A stretch of 14,159 nucleotides of DNA from Neoechinorhynchus agilis (Eukaryota; Animalia; Acanthocephala), in NCBI GenBank assembly GCA_051530055.1, contig JBMGUZ010000071.1:1-14159 (forward strand), read 5' to 3'. The notes below the pieces were generated by a model, which worked only from the letters and a program-made list of their open reading frames with translations, made no database searches and had not been told where the DNA came from. A program made the position numbers and the translations under genes. Below are positions 1-8,237 of the stretch, piece by piece (the first letter of the stretch is position 1; every line of letters starts with the position of its first letter).

Positions 1-608
1 CCTTCATTTTTGTGAAAGTTACCCAGTGTGATTTAATTCCCCTACCCGAACCGCCCACATTCTCCGCCACTTCCAGTGGTGCCGAGCAAAGTAGGGCATA
101 CGGTTGTGCATTAGAATGCTTTTTCAAGTATTTAATCGGAGTAATCCCAATCTCTGTCTCAATTTCTTTGAATTCCTCTTTTGACAAATCTGGCGGTGGA
201 TTAAATATTAATAGAGTACTTTTTGAGGATAGGTCGGTGTATTTTATTTTCAAATCATTTAGCACAAAACACGTACTTGATTGCAAATTTAGTTTCGAAA
301 TTACTTGTAATGTTGTAGCTCATGACATTTTCCTTTTCTCTAGGCTTTAAAAATTTGAAAAAAAACATTTTTGCCAGAGAAGCCGGGGTTTCCTCTTTCA
401 ACTGTTCTTTATCGATTTTGATGACAAAATTTTCTTTTTTTTGTAGGTCTTGTAATTTTTTCATAATTTTCAGATGAGGAGCTTTTTGGGAGGACACTAT
501 CACACGAAAAAAACGTTCACTAACACACGGGGGAAAACTAACCGTTCCTGCATCTTCCAAAGCAACAACCTGCTGAACATCCGGAGGGTCCGTATATCTA
601 TCCATCAT
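1..608 (-). mobile_element. Probable frameshifted remnant of a LINE ORF1 (gag-like/RRM-type) protein, running off the left edge
   Basis: ORF 608-255 (..FVIKIDKEQLKEETPASLAKMF..) overlaps a +1 frame open from 319 to position 1 (..STLLIFNPPPDLSKEEFKEIETEIGITPIKYLKKHSNAQ..). Both segments resemble I/Jockey-group ORF1 patterns by eye. No zinc knuckle or ORF2 is visible in the window. Confidence 0.4.
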
Positions 609-1451
609 TTTTAACGCAAATTTTTTTTAACTAACTTCGCGCTTTTACAGATGAAGGGTGTATAGAAAAGTAATCCACGAATCAAAAAGTTGGCGGTTTG
701 ATGAACAGTAAAAAGCCACCGAATGGTTCTGAGTTTTCTGCGTTCGTATGAAATCAATGGAATACTAACGAAAGTACATGGTAATAGTTTTAAAAATGAA
801 AACATCGAAAAAGGGGTTGATTTCGATTTTTCATTGGTGCAATAAAAAGATGAACTGCTAACATAAATGCTCAATATCAACTCGAACTACCTTAAAATAA
901 ATTTATGTAAAAAGCTCATTGATCAGATATCCACCGAAGGACGTGTAATAATGAATGGGCTGGCTTATGAATTTAAACTTAGGATTGCTTAGATGTTATC
1001 GACAATGCCAAAGTTACTTTTTGCTAAGACTTCCAAAAAAATATATTCCAGCTGATACGACTAGCGGCTTCCAGCTCAAAAACGCACCTTTCTGCTTGCG
1101 ATTCCTGGAAACCCAACAGGACCAGATTCCCCGCTTATTGATCACAGTTAGTTGATAATAAACTTAGTAGTTAGCTAATTGAGTTCTTTTGCTTGACTTA
1201 AACACGGGAATTTCCTTTAATTTGGAAAATATCATCTGACATTGGTGCTTTTATTTAATCGCAAAATTTCTCGCGCTTTCACTGAGCATGCAATAGTGTG
1301 GGTATTGTTTTAAATTTTGCACTTATGCTTAATTTTCAGGTATATTTTTCTTTACATTTTAAACATATTATCACTTACTATATTCCTCTTTAAAAAAACG
1401 TTGTCAAACATTCTTGCTATAAGACGCCTTATTTAGTAATCAACTCGTTAG

Positions 1452-1494
1452 TTTGCTACCATCCCAAATCGGATAAAGTAGAGCAATATAAATA
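1452..1494 (+). promoter_or_regulatory. Putative core promoter of stefin-like gene A (TTTGCTA, GGATAAAG, TATAAATA)
   Basis: TATAAATA at 1487-1494, 28 nt before the ATG at 1523. TTTGCTA (1452-1458) and GGATAAAG (1471-1478, GATA-type core) recur in the same order upstream of paralog B. Confidence 0.4.
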
Positions 1495-1522
1495 TCTTAG
1501 GTAATATTTCATTCCTGGCGAA

Positions 1523-1935
1523 ATGAGTATCTCTCTCGAAACCGTAGCCACGCCAGCTATATTCTCCGCGGTTAATGCGGTAAATTTTGGCTTTCCTTTA
1601 CAGTATTCTATCACATTTATTTTCATTAAAACAGATCCATGAAGAGGTTTGCCATGCTTTGGGATTGGGTTGTTGCATTATCACACCAATCAGCTACAAA
1701 TCACTCGGCCTAGAATCTGATCCGACCATTTATTTAGTGAAGGTATGAGGTTGTTTCACCTTTTAGCACTTTAATTTTATTCTTATAGGCTATTGTGACC
1801 AAACCTGGATGTCCACCGGAGGACACTGTTTGCCTGTTTAGGATTGCAGTCAATCTCAATAATGCGGAGAACTTATACACTCTTGTGTCCGTCAAGTGCA
1901 ATGTCCTTCTTGACGATGAGATCATTGCATTCTAA
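1523..1935 (+). CDS. Cys-rich stefin (type 1 cystatin)-like protein A, 103 aa; join(1523..1579,1635..1742,1789..1935)
   Basis: Two phase-0 GT-AG introns (55 and 46 nt). MSISLETVATPAIFSAVNA|IHEEVCHALGLGCCIITPISYKSLGLESDPTIYLVK|AIVTKPGCPPEDTVCLFRIAVNLNNAENLYTLVSVKCNVLLDDEIIAF*. Length, intron positions (after codon ~20 and after Y-x-V-K) and the DDEIxxF tail match stefin A/B architecture (human CSTB introns follow codons 22 and 56; its tail is HDELTYF). Two paralogs in the window confirm the exon model. An in-frame TAA lies upstream of the ATG. Confidence 0.85.
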
Positions 1936-1975
1936 AGAGTAGCAGCCGATTAAGAGCAGATTAGTTTAGAACCTA

Positions 1976-2011
1976 TTATCGCTCTATAGATTATTAAATG
2001 CATTAGCTAGC
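1976..2011 (+). terminator. Putative polyadenylation/3'-end element of gene A (TTATCG ... ATTAAA-N5-TAGCTAGC)
   Basis: TTATCG 1976-1981, ATTAAA 1993-1998, TAGCTAGC 2004-2011. The same arrangement follows paralogs B and C. Confidence 0.6.
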
Positions 2012-3302
2012 TTTTCTTGGTATGTGAATTGAGACACTAACCAGCTAAGGACATGTCCAAAATCATTGCTATGGTCAAAATACAAATTTAAGCTCAACTT
2101 CTCATTTCTACCCCTTCCAATGTTTTATCCGACAGTGGATATTGACGAGAGTGGATCTGGGCTTTTGTCTGATAAAAACACTTCTTAGCAAGTCAATGAA
2201 CCTTGACATAAAAACTTGAGCAAAAAACTTAAGTGTGGCTGCAGGCACTTATGTCGCTTTCTGCTACTGTTTCAATCAAAATTTTATAACAAAATTCTTA
2301 AGTCACGTTCTTATGAATTTATCTTTTTAAAAAACGGAGGGAATAATAGAGTTTGTCCATTCAGTTCCAAAATCGTACAAAAATATTATTATTCCAACCA
2401 GTTATTGATAATTGCATTCACTAAATAAATCTTTGTTCGAAGCCAAACGGATCAATATAGCAAAATCGCCGTGATTATCAGCTCCTAACTGCCAGGCAAC
2501 CGCAATAAAATATTTCATGTGTGATTATTATTGTTAAAGCCGCATAAAATTAGGAAAGTTCTCTAATGTTTCCTCTCACATTGGAAACATCATAAAAAAA
2601 GAACAATATGCAAATTGGATGGAGCATGTTTTGATATCGGAAAAATCAGTGCAATAAGACCACATTCCTAGCTTTGGCATTGATTTTGAATGTTTTGGAA
2701 GCTATAATCTCGTCAATTCTGGTTGGAAACTTCAAGCCTAGTGTATCTTGCAGAAGGAATTCCTGAAGAAGTGGGGAAAAAGGAAGGCCAGAGTATGATT
2801 TCCTAAATCCCCATTTGAGAATTATCACTTGCTGCGGCATTCTGGATGGTACTTTGCCAATGGTGTGACCATGATTTTGCGTCTGGATTCGGTGCGTTGT
2901 TAAGAATTATGATAATTTCAAAGCATGGCTATTCTTTTACGGCACGGATTAAGATACCAACTGAAATCCGTGACCTGATTAACTTTGAAACGCAAATTGA
3001 GAAACGACAGATAATCCCATATTTTGTCCTGCGGCATCTTAATCCCACCGGTATGATCCATAGAATTCAACCTCCTCTTCTGCTTACAATTTTATCAACG
3101 CATTTGGTGAGCGGGGGGAAACCAACTATTCAAATTTTAGAGGATCTTCTATGAAACGTTTCGAAAAGGCGGATTTGTGATTTGAAAAAGTTGCAAAAGA
3201 CGAGATAGCCGCAGGTGAACGAAGGGAAGTCCGATTGACCACGCTTTCAAGCGAAGGTCGAAAATCGATTTGCAATAGCGATTGCTCCACTGTATTTCAA
3301 CC

Positions 3303-4054
3303 TTCTTTGACTCTAGTATGGGAGCAAAGATGGACAATCTTCAACCGTAATTTTTGGTGTTTTGCGAACGGCTTAATGAATTACCCTCAAACGAGGCTCT
3401 GTTCCTGATCAAGGACACCTTCTTTATTCCAAAATCGCTTTATAAGCTGCGTACAGCACGGCTGGAAAAATAAGACGGACCTCTCCCGAAAAAATTTAAA
3501 AATACTCAGCGGTCGGACGAGGCGCGGCGTCAAGCGTCCTTGATGTGTGGTCCGACGGTTCGGATATCCGAAAAGCTGCCGATATTTCTCTGCCAACTTA
3601 TTTGGGATCGTGTGAAGCAGGTGGTAAAATAGTGCAGTCTTTTCTTGGCGATGATTACACTTTGGATGAAGATTTCGTGGAGGCTGCTAGTTTTTTATGT
3701 GAACATTGTGGTAGCGAGTAAGTAACCATCAATGGTTGTAACCCTCGTAGCGAAATTCATAACTCTTTAATTTCAGATTCTCGTGACCTGGTGAACCGAA
3801 CTCGATTGGCGGCGGTCTCTACAAGAGAATCAGATGCTTGGCTCAACACAATCCTAATCGCTTCGGTAGGTACCCTTCTCTCTAACGAGACAGTAAGGAT
3901 TGGAGTGTCCTTGAGACTTGGGTACCGATGTGCACATCTTATGGCTGATGATACGGAGCAACGGTGGAACCATCGGGACGTCATGGTCTCGTCTGCCGGC
4001 AGTCAAAAGGAAGGTACTTACGACACGCCGAAGTGAACGCATTTCTTAGTCGTG
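3303..4054 (+). mobile_element. Decayed CRE-clade non-LTR retrotransposon fragment (copy 1): post-RT region and zinc-knuckle region, endonuclease missing
   Basis: With stops and frameshifts it reads CERLNELPSNEALFLIKDTFFIPKSLYKLRTA, DIRKAADISLPTYLGS, RTRLAAVSTRESDAWLNTILIASVGTLLSNETVRIGVSLRLG and GATVEPSGRHGLVC, all typical of CRE/RLE elements. It aligns in inverted orientation to ~11240-11930, and homology stops at about 4054. Confidence 0.85.
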
Positions 4055-4156
4055 AAGCTCCTTTGGTTCAACTGCAGCGTATAAAAAATTAAACGACTAT
4101 TTAATGTGAATACTAATAATTTACAACTATTGCGAGTTACTTTTTTAGTCAGTACC

Positions 4157-5784
4157 CTAATGCCACCGCGTTTTATGCCAATTGAAGTCAAATGGCCGTT
4201 TTTTTGCTTTAGGCTCTGCGATCTCTATTGATTGTTTCTCCTCCTCATTTTTCTCGTCTTTTGTCCGGTTCGTAATGTGCAGCATCGTAACGTAATCCAC
4301 TTGAGCGGGGGTTAAGTTGTCTTTTGGTCCTCCGTACGGAACTCGATGTTTCGCCATCAGTGGAACCAATTCGATCCACACAAAGCGCCTAACTTGATTC
4401 AGCTCCAAAGCGTCTATTGGTGACCTCTCTTTGAATTTCTCTACTATTTCATATGATCGAGCAACAAGATCTTTATCAAGGTCTAAAAGGAGGAAAATTG
4501 AATATTGCTAATTTGGATAATAACATTTCGAATTAAATATCTTTACAATATCTTACCTTTAATTTTTCCTTCGTTCGCCATCCCGAGGAATCTTTCAATT
4601 GTAGGAATAATGGATTCTATATAATGATATTGCCTCCATTCACGTAGATCATCCGGCACCACCTCTTCATTCTTTCCTTTTTTTGGCCGTTTAGCTGGCG
4701 GCGGCTCATTATCAGTGGTTTCGTCGGCGGCCAAATCAACCTTTGGTCTCCGGCCTCGTTCTTTGAGTCTTCTCTTCAGTTCTCGCGTTAAATTGCAAAT
4801 GAATAACTCAGACAGTCCATGATAGTCTGACATGCTTGGTGAAACTCTGAACATCTCCGCTTCAATGGACTCAGGCGAATTCTGTAAGCGCAAAAAATGC
4901 GTAATCATTAACTTTCTCCTGCAATGATTAGAATTTATGATAAAAACAACTCTCAACCTTACCTACATGGCTTTTAGGGTTCGTTGACGAGCTTCAATAT
5001 ATTCCGGATCTAATGGCTGCTGATCAAGCACTGATTGCTGCTGACTTTGCGGCATCCTTTGATCTCTATTAATCATTTGGTACGGGGCGACATTTACATG
5101 TTGCATTGGATTGATTTGTTCGTTTCTGGGTTGTTTAGCAGTTTGTTGTATTTCAATTATAGAACGACGTTCACCCAACAACGCTCTATTGACCATTGTT
5201 CTTTTAGCTGCCTGATGTTGTTCAAGGACTGATTGCTCCTGACTTTGCGCTATTTTTTGGTTCTCGTGTCCAATGACCATTTTCTGTTGACCTCTATATA
5301 TGTTTTGCATCGCAGCAGCTTGCTGTTGATCGTAAACTGCCATTTCCATTGGATATATTCGCTGATACATCGGATTGTTGATCATTTTTTTCTGGTCATG
5401 TACTAAATTCTGCATTGTAGGTAATTGTTGTTGGACAATAACCGACTGCTGCATCAATGGCATTCGTTGGTTCATCGGATTGTTCGTCATTTGTTGCTGA
5501 TCAACCAATGGTCGCGATCCAAACGGCAGTGGGCCTTGCTGAGAACAATGCCCTATTGGAAGTACCTGCTCAGATATTTGACCCTGCTGTCCATTATTAA
5601 TTGCTGGACATTGCGGAATTCGGTGTTGAAATTTGTTGGCCGCTGGTACGCTCTGATTATTGCACGAGTATTGCCGTTGATTATAAGTTGCAATAAATGG
5701 CAGTATGTCACTTGGTTGAACGTTTTTAGCTGCAGACCCGCGTAGAATATTTTGCATTTGTTCATGCTCCCATGTCTGTTGCAT
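4157..5784 (-). CDS. Uncharacterised 501-aa protein with Gln/Met/Asn-rich repetitive N-terminal half and NLS-like motifs; complement(join(4157..4482,4557..4918,4967..5784))
   Basis: Three track ORFs (4963-5784, 4543-4956, 4157-4408) join in frame through GT-AG introns 4919-4966 (48 nt, GTAGGT..TGCAG) and 4483-4556 (74 nt, GTAAGA..TTTAG). Total is 1506 nt with no internal stop. Basic motifs PPPAKRPKK and PKAKKRP are present. An additional upstream exon cannot be excluded. Confidence 0.8.
5016..5505 (-). repeat. Imperfect internal coding duplications in the Q-rich gene
   Basis: QSQEQSVLEQ (~5215-5250) versus QSQQQSVLDQ (~5016-5052), and DQQQMTNNPMNQRM (~5460-5505) versus DQKKMINNPMYQRI (~5356-5400). 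The similarity is also visible at DNA level. Confidence 0.7.
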
Positions 5785-6586
5785 GGGCGCCCGGTCGCTA
5801 AATAGAAGGATCCCTTAGATAAAAACGAATGGTATGTCAAAGATTGACGAAATTTTGGAGATACTAGATTTTAGCTACCCTTCTCGATGCTGTGATATTA
5901 ATTCTTGAATGATATGAACATTTTTGAACGACGTCAAACGACATTTGTGTACATGTCAATATTTTTAACAATTAAGTCGATCAACAATGCTAGTTTTTGT
6001 CATAACCCCAAATATTTTCTAAAAGTCCAAGAGTCCGACATTTGACCTCATCGTTTAGCGCATGTATTTAAAATAGATTTTAAATGAAAATTCTTATCGC
6101 AGTAAATTAGTTCGACAAGTTGGTTCATAAAGTATCGAATTGTGTAATTTCCTTTTATCGATTATTTATACAATTTAGTTCGACAATCGTAAGTTGAATG
6201 CTTTTTCGTAGTTCTCCTTTTTGAATTCGTATTATGCATCAGTAAATCTGAATGATTCAATTCTCGACATTATGATTTTTTACAATCGGTGTACGGCGAT
6301 CTCAATGTCGTATATTTAGTTTCGATAAGACTGCCGATTTAATAAAATACTTGAAAAGTAGAAAATGCTGTTTTTTATATTTAATGCGTAGCCGTAAAGG
6401 TTCATGGAGCATATTGGTATATGTTTTTTTAATTTTAACAAAGATGAAATTTCAGTGTCTTCATTTAGCTCAGATGATGAACATAATAAGCTTGACAATT
6501 ATCGGCAATGTATAGATGCTTGTTGCACAAATATTTATAACTCGTATATTTAATAATGTGGTTATTATGTACACCTGATTGCTCAA

Positions 6587-6604
6587 TTTGCTAGAAGGAT
6601 AAAG
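6587..6604 (+). promoter_or_regulatory. Upstream motifs of stefin-like gene B (TTTGCTA, GGATAAAG)
   Basis: TTTGCTA 6587-6593 and GGATAAAG 6597-6604 appear in the same order as upstream of gene A. Confidence 0.35.
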
Positions 6605-6661
6605 CGAGAGGTTTCAAATCTTAAGAACGTATTGTTTCTCCCTGAATATCCTGAAGAGAAA

Positions 6662-7071
6662 ATGAGCAACATTAGTGGGGAATTAGTTATATCCTCGACC
6701 GTCTATGACGCTATTACTCAGGTAAACTGAAAAATTAATTTCATTGCGCTCTTTAATGCTCTTAATAGCTCAAGAACCAGATCTGCAACGAGCTCAGTAT
6801 GTGCAACTGCGCACTTGCACCACTTTCTTATAAGCAGGAAACTGTCTCAGATGTCCCGGTCATGTATTGGGTTAAAGTATGTATTTTCTTTGCTTTAAAG
6901 ATTGATCAACTCTTCTTTACTTAGACTTCAGTTTATTATCCAGATTCGTGCAATGCAAAGTGCATCTGCATCTTTAAAGTAGCAGTGGATCTAACTAACG
7001 GAATAAATCCCTATACTCTAGTGGCCATCAAGTGCAATGTCAGACTTGATGATGAAATCGAAACTTTCTAA
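6662..7071 (+). CDS. Cys-rich stefin-like protein B, 104 aa; join(6662..6721,6769..6876,6925..7071)
   Basis: Phase-0 GT-AG introns of 47 and 48 nt; exon 2 is exactly 108 nt as in A and C. MSNISGELVISSTVYDAITQ|LKNQICNELSMCNCALAPLSYKQETVSDVPVMYWVK|TSVYYPDSCNAKCICIFKVAVDLTNGINPYTLVAIKCNVRLDDEIETF*. The last 36 aa align without gaps to the end of human stefin B ([36 protein letters not shown], recalled). Confidence 0.88.
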
Positions 7072-7099
7072 GTAGTGAGCACATTAGAGTAGTTTAGCT

Positions 7100-7134
7100 T
7101 TATCGGATTAACCACAATAAACTCATTAGATAGC
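7100..7134 (+). terminator. Putative polyadenylation/3'-end element of gene B (TTATCG ... AATAAA-N5-TAGATAGC)
   Basis: TTATCG 7100-7105, AATAAA 7116-7121, TAGATAGC 7127-7134. Confidence 0.6.
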
Positions 7135-8083
7135 AGTGAATGTAAGTGTTTATTAAAATCCGTACACGGGTTACGAACTCCAAGATGAATTGTACGCATA
7201 TTGCATTCAAGTTCTTATTGAGTACTTAATGTTTTGCTTGAAATATAATACGGAATGGTCTTTGGAATTTTTAATAACAACGTAGATAAGTCCCAACATT
7301 GAACTATGGACGCCGTTGAAATTATTTGTCACAATTGCTATTTCAGGACTGATTTAACTTCTACCATTATTCATGTTTTATTTTCAACGTTTAATTTATC
7401 GTAAACCCATTGTCAAGAATAAAAACAGATAAATGTATTAGCTTCGTGCTTAAGCATTTAATTATGAGCTTATTAAAAAAAATTATAAGTGTGCGAGGTT
7501 ATCTCTGTTTTCAAAGCTCTAATTTCCAATCAGATCTCACATGGCACAACTCAATCTCAAAAATATTAAAGGACTCGTCAATTAATTCGACCAATAACGT
7601 AATGACATCTTCTGTGAAAATTCTTTAGCATTATCTTGCAAGAATTCGATTTTAATAATGCCAAAAGTTGACACATCAAAAATGTGTAGTATAAATTTAA
7701 ATTGTGCAAAGTATCTGGCGAACGAAACTACACGTTTCTTTAAAATTTCTACCTTACCTTTATTTCAAATCACTTTCATTCATTTATCTTTCAGCATAAG
7801 CGTTCATCTATTATTTGATTCGTTGTTTAAAGTAAATTCATAGCAGGATCAAAATCTATCTTGCCGTGCAAATCACGAAACCAACAGAACAGCAAAGAGT
7901 CATTTAGGCCCAATATTTTGGAAATTATCGCAAATTTTTTAGCTTGTATATTCGCTAATTAAAAATTAAAACCTATGCGTATTGATATATGCAGAAGTTA
8001 GTGGAAAATTTTCTGTGTTTTTAATTTAAGTATAAATAAAAAATTCTATCGATAGAAAGTCCTTCGGGACAATAAAATTGCAG

Positions 8084-8197
8084 TTTCGGTGAGAATAATC
8101 CCGGTCATTACATATTTTATTTATTCGAAATATTTCGCGAGATATCCTCGCCTCTTCAGTCATCTAAAAATAGGTATTCCATATTACGATTTTTGCT
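8084..8197 (-). repeat. 3' pseudo-LTR of the Penelope-like element
   Basis: Reverse complement of 10248-10361, with 111/114 positions identical by hand count. It starts about 40 nt after the endonuclease stop codon. Confidence 0.93.
8126..8162 (-). ncRNA. Minimal type I hammerhead ribozyme motif (sense to the PLE ORF)
   Basis: UGA-CUGAAGA-G-GCGAGG(AUA)UCUCGC-GAA-AUAU-U-UCG. It has the CUGANGA and GAAA core, a 6-bp stem II, a palindromic AUAU in place of stem III, and a short stem I (UGA/UCG). This architecture is known from PLE pLTRs. Confidence 0.7.
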
Positions 8198-8237
8198 CGA
8201 GTACGCGGGATCGCCAAACCCGAAGTTCAAGGACCAA

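Noticed and set aside
723-1178. A + strand frame (MVLSFLRSYEING..PGNPTGPDSPLIDHS) that looks protein-like if stops are read through, suggesting a pseudogene or stop-codon reassignment
   Set aside because: Six internal stops in 152 codons is not far below chance for AT-rich DNA, and no motif is recognisable. The real genes in the window end in TAA or TAG under the standard code.
1523-1579. N-terminus of protein A as a signal peptide
   Set aside because: It has no basic n-region and an interrupted hydrophobic core. It aligns with the stefin N-terminal strand and helix start, and B and C are clearly not signal-like.
1734-1925. Track ORF on the - strand (63 aa)
   Set aside because: It is the antisense shadow of exon 3 of stefin-like gene A.
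4963-4965. TAG ending track ORF 4963-5784 as the true stop of the Q-rich gene
   Set aside because: A GT donor at 4966 splices in frame to the next two exons and gives a 48-nt intron typical of this locus. Use of the alternative donor after the TAG remains possible but is unsupported.
5035-5840. Track ORFs 5035-5232, 5425-5745 and 5553-5840
   Set aside because: These are alternative-frame or antisense shadows of the Q-rich exon.
5850-6540. Recurrent TTCGACA/GTCGA words and ORF 6316-6498
   Set aside because: The spacing is irregular, no longer repeat unit exists, and no protein motif is visible. Treated as intergenic sequence between the divergent Q-rich gene and gene B.
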